Source of the DNA: a virus
Taxonomy: Duplodnaviria; Heunggongvirae; Uroviricota; Caudoviricetes
Length of the DNA stretch: 55,858 nucleotides
Direction: 5' to 3' (one strand)
IMG/VR virus record: IMGVR_UViG_3300027601_000004
The stretch's first letter is position 1. Every line of letters begins with the position of its first letter. A program made the translations under genes and the position numbers. The notes beneath the pieces were generated by a model. The model saw nothing but the letters and a program-made list of their open reading frames with translations. It made no database searches and was not told where the DNA came from. This document shows positions 33,907 to 43,275 of the stretch, piece by piece.

Positions 33907-34128
33907 ATGGCTATGTGTGGATTTAATTTAAAGTCAGTGAATGTTAAGTTATCGATTAAACAGGAAGAGCAAGTCGTGGTCGCTTCGCTTAGGAAGCATT
34001 GTTCTAATTTAGAACGTGAGTTGCTGAATCATGCCATGGGGTATGACAGTATGACTCCTCAAGAGGTATCCGATAGCTTAGGATTTATTGAAAGTGCAAC
34101 GTTGGTTATGAGACATTACGGAGATTAA
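33907..34128 (+). CDS. hypothetical protein
   Basis: ORF after promoter. Confidence 0.55.
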   Translation: MAMCGFNLKSVNVKLSIKQEEQVVVASLRKHCSNLERELLNHAMGYDSMTPQEVSDSLGFIESATLVMRHYGD

Positions 34129-34129
34129 G

Positions 34130-34315
34130 ATGGGATTGATTGGACGCTGGGAACCGAAGGATATGTACCAAGAAATTTGGAAACTCTGGGACGAGGGACT
34201 CCGTCCAGTCACAATCGCTGCGCTCTTAAATATTACACTCCAGGAAGTATACGATACCCTGGACGATGGGGACTCCTACGAGGAGATGGAAGTTTATGAT
34301 GAGGATTTGATGTAA
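34130..34315 (+). CDS. small HTH-like hypothetical protein
   Basis: GLRPVTIAALLNITLQEVY. Confidence 0.6.
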   Translation: MGLIGRWEPKDMYQEIWKLWDEGLRPVTIAALLNITLQEVYDTLDDGDSYEEMEVYDEDLM

Positions 34316-34596
34316 TGAGTTACGCACGTTGGAGTAATAGTGCTTGGTATGCGTTTTATAACGTAAATGGTAAACTGTCTTTGTGGTATGATATGGATCA
34401 CACGATCGATATTGACTATGAGGATTGTAAGACCATCACTGCAGAAGAGATTCAAGCTGTCTATGGCTGTACCGAAGAAGAAGCAGCTGAAGCCATGCGA
34501 TATGTGGAATATTTCATGGAAGATTATGACCCCAAGGATGGGGAGCAGTATCAAAAAGAGTTGGCAGAATTTATGGAGAAATTAAATGATAAGTGA
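34315..34596 (+). CDS. hypothetical protein
   Basis: MSYARWS..WY.F motif, coupled. Confidence 0.7.
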   Translation: MSYARWSNSAWYAFYNVNGKLSLWYDMDHTIDIDYEDCKTITAEEIQAVYGCTEEEAAEAMRYVEYFMEDYDPKDGEQYQKELAEFMEKLNDK

Positions 34597-34804
34597 TGAA
34601 AACCTAGAGAAGTTATCCCATGAGATCGATGATATGCTTGGCGATCTTGGGATTCGTTATGAGATTAATATGCTAAGTTTGTCCAGCGTAGTTCTGGCAA
34701 GACTTGCACTGATGAATATGTTTGTTGGTAATAGAGAAGACTTCAATCGTCTGATCCATGAAGCAGTTCTCCCTGTAACTGAAAAAGAAGTTTCGGTGCA
34801 CTGA
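34586..34804 (+). CDS. hypothetical protein
   Basis: packed ORF. Confidence 0.6.
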   Translation: MISDENLEKLSHEIDDMLGDLGIRYEINMLSLSSVVLARLALMNMFVGNREDFNRLIHEAVLPVTEKEVSVH

Positions 34805-34806
34805 TT

Positions 34807-35511
34807 ATGGTTGAGATTAAAGAGTCTTTCATTTCTGACGCTGACTGCGACTTGATTGTAGCAGAAGTCAAAGAACGTGAGAATAGTTGGAAATTCTACA
34901 AGGACATTCACGTACTTGGTAATAGTTTCTATCGTCATTTAATCTCAACGAACTTCGATCGTGACGCTGCATGGAAAAACTATTCAGAAACATTTGACAC
35001 GGATAGTTTTGGGCAATCAATCTTACATACAAAACTACAGGATCTTTATGGTGTATATGCTGTTCGATACATGAAGGGTTTTAGTAGACCTGGATATCAA
35101 ATCGTCACACAGGAAACTCCACGCATCTGGCACTATGATGATGAGAAGTTGCGTTACCCATATGAGCATGCGTTTCCCGATTACATGAGATTTGACTACT
35201 TTGATGAAGTGTTTACGTATACGCTAATGCTCACTGAGGGGAATTTTACCTATGAATATTATCCTCAGACATATTCCAAGTATAAAGAAGAACCTGAGTT
35301 TTATTGCAAAAAACATCATGGACTTCTTGGCGATGACTGCGACTGCGATCTCAAAGACCCAGTTACATTGTCATACAAAAAGGGCGATTTAATTATTGCA
35401 AAAGATCGTTACCTACATCGTGTAGGTGCTTCTACCTTTGCAAAAGACCAAAGAATAACTTTGCAAGGACATGGCGTGAGGAAAAATAAAGTTCTTTACA
35501 TTTATTGGTAA
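34807..35511 (+). CDS. 2OG-Fe(II) oxygenase-like protein
   Basis: WHYD...YTLML...GDLII...HRVG...RITLQG. Confidence 0.6.
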   Translation: MVEIKESFISDADCDLIVAEVKERENSWKFYKDIHVLGNSFYRHLISTNFDRDAAWKNYSETFDTDSFGQSILHTKLQDLYGVYAVRYMKGFSRPGYQIVTQETPRIWHYDDEKLRYPYEHAFPDYMRFDYFDEVFTYTLMLTEGNFTYEYYPQTYSKYKEEPEFYCKKHHGLLGDDCDCDLKDPVTLSYKKGDLIIAKDRYLHRVGASTFAKDQRITLQGHGVRKNKVLYIYW

Positions 35512-35529
35512 TTAAGGTATAATTATATT

Positions 35530-35739
35530 ATGAACAAAGGTTTAACTATTCCCTTCGAAGTCGCCGATGGCATTACTCTTGCAACATTGCAAGATCAGTA
35601 TGCTTATCTAAAAGAAGAACTGCGTGCTCACGTTGAGGAAGGTAAGTATCTTCATAAAGATGATGCGTATAACTCACAGTTTAAGTTGCTTCCTTCATTG
35701 GAAGTTTTAATTGAATATTTTGGTGGTAATTGTAAATGA
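35530..35739 (+). CDS. hypothetical protein
   Basis: 69 aa ORF. Confidence 0.65.
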   Translation: MNKGLTIPFEVADGITLATLQDQYAYLKEELRAHVEEGKYLHKDDAYNSQFKLLPSLEVLIEYFGGNCK

Positions 35740-35902
35740 CATACAAGCCAGGAATGATGTTGAAAGCCAAGACATCAGGAATCGTTATCAAGTTAATCTC
35801 TAAAAAGAATGGTAATGGTCACTGGAACTCCATGAAAATTGGTCGTAAGAAAGCACATATGATCCACGAGGGAACTCTGGATAAATTTTATGAGGAAGTG
35901 AA

Positions 35903-36835
35903 ATGAAAGTAGCAATCTGTAGCGATCTGCATCTTGAGTTCGGAGATATCAATCTGAAGAACGATCAGAATGCTGACGTATTAATTTTAAGTGGTGACAT
36001 TTGTGTTGCCAGAGACATCGGTCGCCCAGATCCTAACAATTTTATGGAAGGTTCACGGAGCAGTCGCATCGTTGACTTCTTTAAGCGTTGCAGTTTTCAG
36101 TTTCCTCATGTGGTTTATGTAATGGGTAACCATGAGCATTATCATGGCGACGTTGCTGAGAGTGCCAACAAAATTCGCTCGATGCTGGCATCAAACATGC
36201 TAAGTAATGTCCATTTTCTTGATAAAGAAACTGTTGACATTGATGGTGTTCGTTTCATCGGTGGCACTTTGTGGACTGATATGAATAACGAAGATCCTGT
36301 AACTCTTGCACATATCCGTGGCATGATGAATGACTTCCGTATTTGTGCAAACAGTAATCGTATACTTACACGTAAAGTTCCCGTTTACAAGAAAGATGAG
36401 AATGGTAACTACGTCACTGAGAAAGTTGGAGACATCAATCGCACTGTTCAAGATGGATTCAAATTCAAAGAAGAACCTGCGACATGGTGTCCTGAAGATG
36501 CAGTTGAAGACCACAAGAAGATGATTAAGTTTGTTGAGCATGTGTATTTGGATACGCCACTATCAATGAAAATTGTTGTGGTTGGTCACCATGCTCCAAG
36601 TAAATCTTCTACCCATCCTCGTTACAAAGATGAGACACTGATGAATGGTGGATATAGCAGCAATCTAAACGAATTTATTTTGCAGCGTCCAGGAATTAAG
36701 TTGTGGACTCATGGTCATACTCATGAAGACTTTGACTACATGATTGGTTCCACTCGTGTTGTGTGCAATCCTCGTGGTTATATCAACTACGAAGATCGTG
36801 CAGATCGTTTTGAATTGAAAGTGGTTGAAGTATGA
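35903..36835 (+). CDS. calcineurin-like metallophosphoesterase
   Basis: SDLHLE, LSGDI, GNHEHY, GHHAP, HGHTH. Confidence 0.92.
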   Translation: MKVAICSDLHLEFGDINLKNDQNADVLILSGDICVARDIGRPDPNNFMEGSRSSRIVDFFKRCSFQFPHVVYVMGNHEHYHGDVAESANKIRSMLASNMLSNVHFLDKETVDIDGVRFIGGTLWTDMNNEDPVTLAHIRGMMNDFRICANSNRILTRKVPVYKKDENGNYVTEKVGDINRTVQDGFKFKEEPATWCPEDAVEDHKKMIKFVEHVYLDTPLSMKIVVVGHHAPSKSSTHPRYKDETLMNGGYSSNLNEFILQRPGIKLWTHGHTHEDFDYMIGSTRVVCNPRGYINYEDRADRFELKVVEV

Positions 36836-37167
36836 GTGATTATACACCAGACAAATGGGTAGTCGTTAAGATTACTGGCAAGGATGTTCCACCTATTCAT
36901 AAAGTTTTTGCTTGTTGGTATGGTGGATATGCTGGGTCTGACTCTTGGAAACTAAACAGTGGTATTACTAGAGCTACTCTTGAGGGGAACATGTATTCCT
37001 TTGAGGGTAGTTCTGGTTCAATCTATGATTGTCATAAAGGTTGTTATGGAACGAATGCGTATGGTGGTTCTGTACTCAATGGTATGATTGATCGAGCTGA
37101 AAAGAATGGAGTCTCCATGGAGATTCTACCAGAAGAAACTAATTGGTTGGAGATACATTATGAGTAA
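36832..37167 (+). CDS. conserved phage hypothetical protein
   Basis: YTPDKWVVV...WYGGY.G.DSWKLNSGI...GSSGS.Y.C. Confidence 0.75.
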   Translation: MSDYTPDKWVVVKITGKDVPPIHKVFACWYGGYAGSDSWKLNSGITRATLEGNMYSFEGSSGSIYDCHKGCYGTNAYGGSVLNGMIDRAEKNGVSMEILPEETNWLEIHYE

Positions 37168-37345
37168 GACACGATGGACCATAGAAGTACAGGAAGACCC
37201 TGCAACTGGCGAGCAAATTTTGGAATTCCCTGACGACCTGATGGAATCTGCAGGATGGAAAGAGGGAGATGTCCTCGAATGGATTGACAATAAAGATGGA
37301 AGTTGGACTTTGAGGAAGAAAGATGAAAACACAAAAACAGATTGA
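37160..37345 (+). CDS. AbrB/MazE-like swapped-hairpin DNA-binding protein
   Basis: LEFPDDLMESAGWKEGDVLEW. Confidence 0.7.
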   Translation: MSKTRWTIEVQEDPATGEQILEFPDDLMESAGWKEGDVLEWIDNKDGSWTLRKKDENTKTD

Positions 37346-37485
37346 GAATCATATTGAAGATATCAATAACAAAATTTGTCCCAATGAGATCGAGGAAGCT
37401 GTAGCATATCTTTATGCTCAAGTTTTGAGACTTACAGACGAAAACCAAGAACTTAAAGATAAAATTAAATTTATGGAGCAGGACT

Positions 37486-37776
37486 ATGCCTAAGTTTACA
37501 CTAATTGCAGAACATACAGATCTTTATGGTAAGCCAGATGGCACCAAAGTAAATTATGAATTTTACGTTGATAGTCTAGACAATGTTCTAGAACATTTTG
37601 ATTTGTTTATTCGTGGTTGTGGATATTATCCGCAAGGAGTTTTAGATTACATCGTAGATGAACCTTCAGACCAAGAATGGTACAATGAAGAATTCCAAAC
37701 ACCTACTGAAACTAAATACAACCCCGATGAAATAAACCATTCAGGATTTTATTTTGATACGGAGAGAAACAAATGA
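37486..37776 (+). CDS. hypothetical protein
   Basis: SD GGAG; EF....L..VLE.F..F.RG.GY motif. Confidence 0.7.
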   Translation: MPKFTLIAEHTDLYGKPDGTKVNYEFYVDSLDNVLEHFDLFIRGCGYYPQGVLDYIVDEPSDQEWYNEEFQTPTETKYNPDEINHSGFYFDTERNK

Positions 37777-38147
37777 GTAAAGTATTTACCGATGTTCATG
37801 TTTTCATGCGTTCAGCTGGACAAAAAGTTGGAGAAGATAATTATGACCAAGCAGATCTTTACTCTAGTTTAATTGACGAAGAGTATCGTGAATATATTGA
37901 TGCACTTCGTGCTAAAGATGACGCAGAAACAATTGATGCATGTTTTGATATGATTTGGGTTATCGTAGGCTACATGCATTCACGTGGCTGGGATTGTGAA
38001 AAAATCTGGGACGAGGGTGCAGAATCCAATCTTGCCAAAATTGATAAGGTGACTGGAAAAGTTATTCGCAGAGAAGATGGTAAGATCTTAAAACCAGAAG
38101 GATGGAAACCACCAAATTTCCACAAATTTGTAAAAGTAAAAAAATAA
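37773..38147 (+). CDS. MazG-like all-alpha NTP pyrophosphohydrolase
   Basis: LIDEEYRE...DACFD..WV...SNLAK...GKILKPEGWKPP. Confidence 0.85.
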   Translation: MSKVFTDVHVFMRSAGQKVGEDNYDQADLYSSLIDEEYREYIDALRAKDDAETIDACFDMIWVIVGYMHSRGWDCEKIWDEGAESNLAKIDKVTGKVIRREDGKILKPEGWKPPNFHKFVKVKK

Positions 38148-38159
38148 AAAGGTATTACC

Positions 38160-38681
38160 ATGAGAATTAAACTTTATTTAGATATGGATGGCGTATTGTC
38201 AGATTTTAACACAGCATACCAAGAAATTGGTGGCACAATCGACAATGGAAGAAAATTTAGAAAAGCTGTAATGGAATATAAAATTTTTAGAGATTTAAAT
38301 TTTATGCCAGACGCAGAACAACTGTTGACGCATGTAAAAACAATTGATGATATTGATATTGAAATTCTAACATCAGTTGGAACATTCGATCCATTTGTTG
38401 GCGATGAAGTTAAAAAGCAAAAGAAAAACTGGCTCAAAGAAAAGAACATTAATTACAAACCAAATTTTGTTCGTTCTAAGTCAGAGAAATCAAAATATGC
38501 ATTACATCCATACGGAAGCATGTTCCCAAACATTTTAGTGGACGATTCAGCAGGATGTATTGACCCATTCAATAGAGCAGGTGGTCGTGGAATTTTGCAC
38601 ACCAGTGCAGCAGCAACAATCCCTCTGCTTGACACAACTATTACACAACTTCGTGCAATTGACGGATTAAGGCTAGGATGA
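38160..38681 (+). CDS. HAD-family 5'(3')-deoxyribonucleotidase
   Basis: YLDMDGVLSDF, ILTS, K..W, ILVDD. Confidence 0.88.
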   Translation: MRIKLYLDMDGVLSDFNTAYQEIGGTIDNGRKFRKAVMEYKIFRDLNFMPDAEQLLTHVKTIDDIDIEILTSVGTFDPFVGDEVKKQKKNWLKEKNINYKPNFVRSKSEKSKYALHPYGSMFPNILVDDSAGCIDPFNRAGGRGILHTSAAATIPLLDTTITQLRAIDGLRLG

Positions 38682-38965
38682 ATGATTTACTCACAACAAC
38701 ATTTAAATGGATAAAGGATGATTGGTACTCTCACCCAGTTCGTTTCATCATTGAATTACTTGCTTGGGCTATTAGTATTGGGTGCAGTATCACTATGGCT
38801 CTTACTGTTCCCACTCCGCCATTACTTATTCTTTATCCTATTTGGATTAGTGGTTGTGCTATGTATGCTTGGGCTGCTTATACTAGGAAATCATTTGGGA
38901 TGCTGGCTAACTACATGCTCTTGGTGACGATTGACTTTATTGGCTTAATAAGGATGCTAACATGA
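38678..38965 (+). CDS. membrane protein
   Basis: three hydrophobic helices. Confidence 0.7.
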   Translation: MNDLLTTTFKWIKDDWYSHPVRFIIELLAWAISIGCSITMALTVPTPPLLILYPIWISGCAMYAWAAYTRKSFGMLANYMLLVTIDFIGLIRMLT

Positions 38966-39260
38966 CATTTAGATTTTGGATTCAAGAAATGTGGATGCAA
39001 CATAAAGATGAATATATGGAGTTAGGAATGGCTATCCCAGAAGCATCTGCGCAAGAATATTTTAGTAAATATAAGTATTGGTTGAAACGTGAATACAAAC
39101 ATCAAAAATCTTTGGAGAATTTGGGCTAAAGCGATTGGTGAGAAGAGCGGTAGAACAGACCAAGAGTCAGATCAGATTGCATACGTTCGAACTTTCATTT
39201 TAGCTGTTTACATTATTACAAACTTGTTTATTATTGCAGGTGTTGTACGACATTGGTAGC

Positions 39261-39289
39261 TTTACTTTAATTCAATATTGGAGTATAAT
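39261..39289 (+). promoter_or_regulatory. sigma70-type early promoter
   Basis: TTTACT-TTAATTC..-TATAAT. Confidence 0.85.
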
Positions 39290-39295
39290 TATATT

Positions 39296-39832
39296 ATGAA
39301 TATATTTTATCTACACCACGATACAAAAATTTGTGCAGAAATGCACGTTGACAAACATTGCGTAAAGATGATTCTGGAATATGCTCAACTATTATCTACT
39401 GCTCATCGTGTCCTTGATGGTCACGAGTCCATTACTACTTCGGTTTCTGGGCGTAAGAAAAAAACTTGGACTATTAGCGATCATCGCAACGATGTCCTTT
39501 ACAGTGCTACCCATATTAATCATCCTTCGGCTATTTGGGTGAGACAGTCTCTTGAAAATTATCAATGGCTATACAATATGTTCCGTGATTTGATTAAGGA
39601 ATATAATTATCGCTACGGTAAAGTGCATAAGTGTTCTATGTTGCTTGGTGAGTTGCAGTATCCACCCAACAATATCCCCAAAGATAAACCATTTACTGAA
39701 CCGACTCCTGCCATGCCAGACCACTATAAAGTAGCAGGAGATTCTATCACATCATACAAAAATTATTATCTCGGCGATAAGACGAGAATGTTTTCTTGGA
39801 AAAATCGTCCAACTCCGTCTTGGATTTGCTAA
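39296..39832 (+). CDS. denV: pyrimidine dimer DNA glycosylase / endonuclease V-like
   Basis: MNIFYL...HVDKHCVKMILEYAQLLSTAH...THINHPS.IW...EY.YRYGKVH. Confidence 0.85.
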   Translation: MNIFYLHHDTKICAEMHVDKHCVKMILEYAQLLSTAHRVLDGHESITTSVSGRKKKTWTISDHRNDVLYSATHINHPSAIWVRQSLENYQWLYNMFRDLIKEYNYRYGKVHKCSMLLGELQYPPNNIPKDKPFTEPTPAMPDHYKVAGDSITSYKNYYLGDKTRMFSWKNRPTPSWIC

Positions 39833-39840
39833 ATACAATT

Positions 39841-40080
39841 ATGCCTACATACACTTTTATCGATACAAACACTGGCGAGAAGTTTGACAAATTTCTGAAA
39901 ATTGCGGATCGTGAGCAATTTCTCAACGACAACCCTCATATTCAATCTGTTATAACTGCGCCAGCAATTACAGGCGATCACGTTTCTGTTAAAAAGGATA
40001 CAGGATTCAAGGAGGTGCTGCAAAAAATTAACGAAAGAAATCCACATAACGATTTAAGTAAAACTTCCTCACAATTATAA
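39841..40080 (+). CDS. FmdB-like small protein (MPTY family)
   Basis: MPTYTF....TGE..D..L; CTAAATA late-type box just upstream. Confidence 0.7.
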   Translation: MPTYTFIDTNTGEKFDKFLKIADREQFLNDNPHIQSVITAPAITGDHVSVKKDTGFKEVLQKINERNPHNDLSKTSSQL

Positions 40081-40094
40081 CTCAAGGATTTTTA

Positions 40095-40865
40095 ATGGCT
40101 CGCACATCAGCTGCAAAGAAAGTAGTAGACATTCATAATGACGAGCGTGAAACAAAACCTGTTACCAGTAATCAGTTAAAATTACGTTTAGATAATTTAA
40201 AAACATTTCAGCCACTCACCGATAATCAGAAATTATTTTTTGACGCATATAAAACAGGTGATTATTTTATAGCATTACATGGAGTAGCAGGTACTGGTAA
40301 AACTTTTATTGCACTCTATAAAGCAATAGAAGAAGTTCTCGATAAATCAAACCCATTCAATAAAATCATTGTAGTTCGCTCTGCTGTTCAATCTAGAGAG
40401 ATTGGTCATCTTCCTGGCGACGTTGGTGAAAAGATGGAAATCTATGAACAACCATATCGTCAGATCTGTCATCAGTTATTTGATCGTAAAGACGCATGGG
40501 ATCGTTTAGAAGAACAGGGTTATGTAACCTTTATTTCAACTTCTTTTATTCGTGGTATGTCTTTCGATAATGCAATTATTATCGTTGACGAAATGCAAAA
40601 CTTGACATATGAAGAGATCGATACAGTTATGACACGTGTCGGGCATATGTCTAAAATTATTTGGTGTGGCGATTATCGTCAAACCGATCTAAATAAAAGA
40701 AAGAACGATGTTACAGGTATTTTGAAATTCTTTGATATTGCTCAACACATGAAAGCGTTTACTCGCATCGAGTTTACTGTAGATGATATCGTTCGTTCAT
40801 CGTTAGTTAAAGATTATATCTTGGCTAAGTTAAAGTACGAAGATTACGAGGATAACAAGAAATGA
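40095..40865 (+). CDS. phoH: PhoH-like ATPase
   Basis: GVAGTGKTF, IGHLPG, FIRGMSF, DEMQN, GDYRQTD, DIVRS. Confidence 0.95.
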   Translation: MARTSAAKKVVDIHNDERETKPVTSNQLKLRLDNLKTFQPLTDNQKLFFDAYKTGDYFIALHGVAGTGKTFIALYKAIEEVLDKSNPFNKIIVVRSAVQSREIGHLPGDVGEKMEIYEQPYRQICHQLFDRKDAWDRLEEQGYVTFISTSFIRGMSFDNAIIIVDEMQNLTYEEIDTVMTRVGHMSKIIWCGDYRQTDLNKRKNDVTGILKFFDIAQHMKAFTRIEFTVDDIVRSSLVKDYILAKLKYEDYEDNKK

Positions 40866-41482
40866 TAACAGCAGAACAATTCAAACATTTATTCCCAAGA
40901 GCACAAGATCCAGCATCTTGGGCTACATCAATGAATAATGTGTTTCCAACATATGAGATTAATACACCACATCGTGTTGCAGCTTTCCTCGCACAGTGTG
41001 GTCACGAGTCTGGTGGTTGGACAGTATTTGAAGAAAACTTAAATTACTCCGCACAAGGTTTATGTAGTATTTTCAAGAAGTATTTCCCTACTCTTGAATC
41101 AGCGACACCTTATGCACGCAAACCTGAAATGATTGCTAACAAAGTTTATGCTAATCGTATGGGTAATGGTCCAGAAGAATCAGGCGATGGATGGAAATAT
41201 CGTGGACGTGGTCCGATTCAATTAACTGGTAAAAACAATTACATGCAGTTTGCCAAAGATATGTTTGACGACTGGCAGAACTTATTTGATAACCCAGATT
41301 GGGTTACTGCTGATAGAGACTTCGCATTGATGTCAGCTATTTGGTTCTGGAATAAAAATGCATTAAACAGAGAAGCAGACGCAGGCGATATCAAGACAAT
41401 GACACGTAAAATCAATGGTGGATACATTGGTCTTGACGATCGCATTAAACACTACAATGAGGCTATACATTTACTTACATAA
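40862..41482 (+). CDS. glycoside hydrolase family 19 endolysin
   Basis: AAFLAQCGHESGG, EENLNYS, YRGRGPIQLTGKNNY, INGG..GL.DR. Confidence 0.93.
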   Translation: MITAEQFKHLFPRAQDPASWATSMNNVFPTYEINTPHRVAAFLAQCGHESGGWTVFEENLNYSAQGLCSIFKKYFPTLESATPYARKPEMIANKVYANRMGNGPEESGDGWKYRGRGPIQLTGKNNYMQFAKDMFDDWQNLFDNPDWVTADRDFALMSAIWFWNKNALNREADAGDIKTMTRKINGGYIGLDDRIKHYNEAIHLLT

Positions 41483-42135
41483 TGAAAAATTTTATACATC
41501 ATGATTTACCCAAACTTGAACGTGACACAAAACCCGATGGTACGAGGGTATATAAAACGCCATCGGGTCGAGCCTATCCAAGCATCACCACAGTTACAGG
41601 ATTGCACTCAAAAGCAGCAATCATCGCTTGGCGAAAAAAAGTCGGAGAAGCAGAAGCCAACCGAATCTCAAATCGAGCAGCAACACGTGGAACAAGAATT
41701 CACACCCTCTGCGAATCCTATTTGCGTGGAGAGTCTGCTGAACCAGATATATTCGATCAAGAAGTTTACAGGTCGTTAATTCCACATCTAGACAAGATAA
41801 ATAACATACATGCGTTAGAAGATCCGCTTTATTCAGATCATCTGGAAGTTGCAGGAACAGTTGATTGTATTGCAGAGTATGATGGGAAACTTGCAGTTAT
41901 TGACTTTAAAACTTCTGCAAGAGTTAAGACTCGTGATAATATTTACGGATACTTTATGCAAACATCTGCTTATGCAGTTGCTTTCGAAGAACGAACAGGA
42001 ATTCCTGTTGGTAAGTTAGTTATTATTATGGGTGTTGATGACAACGAACCATTAATCTTTGAAGAGAAGAGAGATGACTGGATCGGAGAATTTAAAAAGT
42101 TGCGACAAGATTATAAACGAATAAAGAATATTTGA
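41482..42135 (+). CDS. PD-(D/E)XK exonuclease (RecB/Cas4-like phage exonuclease)
   Basis: YPSITTV, RGTRIH, AGTVDCI...IDFKTS, Q.SAYA. Confidence 0.88.
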   Translation: MKNFIHHDLPKLERDTKPDGTRVYKTPSGRAYPSITTVTGLHSKAAIIAWRKKVGEAEANRISNRAATRGTRIHTLCESYLRGESAEPDIFDQEVYRSLIPHLDKINNIHALEDPLYSDHLEVAGTVDCIAEYDGKLAVIDFKTSARVKTRDNIYGYFMQTSAYAVAFEERTGIPVGKLVIIMGVDDNEPLIFEEKRDDWIGEFKKLRQDYKRIKNI

Positions 42136-42160
42136 CATTAATGAGAAAGCAGGGTATAAT
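42132..42160 (+). promoter_or_regulatory. sigma70-type promoter upstream of tmRNA
   Basis: TTGACA-N17-TATAAT. Confidence 0.8.
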
Positions 42161-42310
42161 GGTATTAAATGCTGAGATTGCACCAAATATAATTATATTT
42201 GAACAGAAAGAACTTCCTGAAGGATGGAAAGAGGGAGATATGTTTAAAGTTGTTATTGGTGCGAACGGACAAGTTACGCTAATCAAGTCAACAAAAGATG
42301 GCGTAATGTA

Positions 42311-42600
42311 AGAATTGCTGTATGAAGCAATGAGAAAGGTGTTCTGGACGTGGGTTCGACTCCCACCACCTCCACCTGAACATATTCCGAACCGAGTTAT
42401 CGGTAGCAAAGCGAAACGCTGAGTATGTTCAGTTGGGGGTGCCATGGTTTCGACAGGGCAATAAGTAACAGAGTGGACAGCACGACACAGAGAGTCGTAA
42501 AAAGTAAACAACGTAAACGCAAACGACGCACAGTTCGCATTAGCAGCCTAAACACTGCTTAGGGTTTCGGTAGGTTTCCTCGTAACAGAATAACCTACCA
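42311..42600 (+). ncRNA. ssrA: circularly permuted (two-piece) tmRNA, tag ANDAQFALAA
   Basis: T-arm and 3' acceptor strand (42350-42376) precede 5' strand GGGGGTG (42435); G3:U70; tag ORF 42519-42551. Confidence 0.92.
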
Positions 42601-42717
42601 CGAATTAGTGAAGTCTTTGCTCGATGTTAGCAACCGATGCCCAATTGGCTCTTGTACTAACTAAAGTGGCGACATTAATTATGCAGTGGATCATATTAAC
42701 TTTTACAAGGAACTATC

Positions 42718-42918
42718 ATGAAATCGATTATCGCATTAGTAATGTTGTCATTCGCAACTGTTTCTTTCGCAGCAGAACCTGCAAAGAAGCCAGAAGCAAA
42801 GAAAGAAGAAACAAACTGCGTAACTAAGGACAAACAAGGTAAATGTCCTCCTGCACCTAAGTCTGAGAAACCTACTCCTAAGAAAGTAGAGCCAAAAGCT
42901 GACGCAGCGAAAAAGTAA
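42718..42918 (+). CDS. small exported Lys/Pro-rich protein
   Basis: signal peptide ending SFA-A, SD AAGGA, two Cys. Confidence 0.7.
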   Translation: MKSIIALVMLSFATVSFAAEPAKKPEAKKEETNCVTKDKQGKCPPAPKSEKPTPKKVEPKADAAKK

Positions 42919-42996
42919 TACCTAAATAATAGACAGTGGGTTGGTGGAACCCAATAAAACCACCTTTTTACACACAACACAGAAAGGTAGTAAAAT

Positions 42997-43266
42997 ATGA
43001 GTAACATGACTCCGTTCGAGATTCGCCTTGAACTATTAAAAATGGCGAAAGACATGCTTAACGATGAATATTACGGTAAGCGTGAACAAATTAGCAACGA
43101 CTGGCATATGAAAGTCGAATCTGCTAAACTCAATGGTGGCACGATTCCTGATCATCCAGGTTTTCCTGCTATCCCAACAGAAACTGAAATTATTGCTAAG
43201 GCTACTGCCCTGAATGGTTTCGTTTCCAACATCCCACTAGATACAAAGACTAAGAAGTCCACCTGA
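42997..43266 (+). CDS. conserved phage hypothetical protein
   Basis: TPFEIRLELLKMAKDML...EII.KA..L..FVS; late-type box CTAAATA at 42922. Confidence 0.8.
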   Translation: MSNMTPFEIRLELLKMAKDMLNDEYYGKREQISNDWHMKVESAKLNGGTIPDHPGFPAIPTETEIIAKATALNGFVSNIPLDTKTKKST

Positions 43267-43275
43267 TAGGGATCG

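Larger units (their letters stand above)
32693..34276 (+). repeat. cluster of co-oriented GGGACTCC octamers
   Basis: exact copies at 32693, 32752, 32891, 33022, 33308, 33329, 33536, 33687, 34195, 34269. Confidence 0.85.

Noticed and set aside
41482-42135. Cas4-like nuclease suggesting a CRISPR system
   Set aside because: No repeat-spacer array or other cas genes seen; lacks Fe-S cysteines; standard T4-like exonuclease.
42092-42511. 139-aa minus-strand ORF
   Set aside because: Antisense shadow of the tmRNA; such ORFs are a common misannotation.
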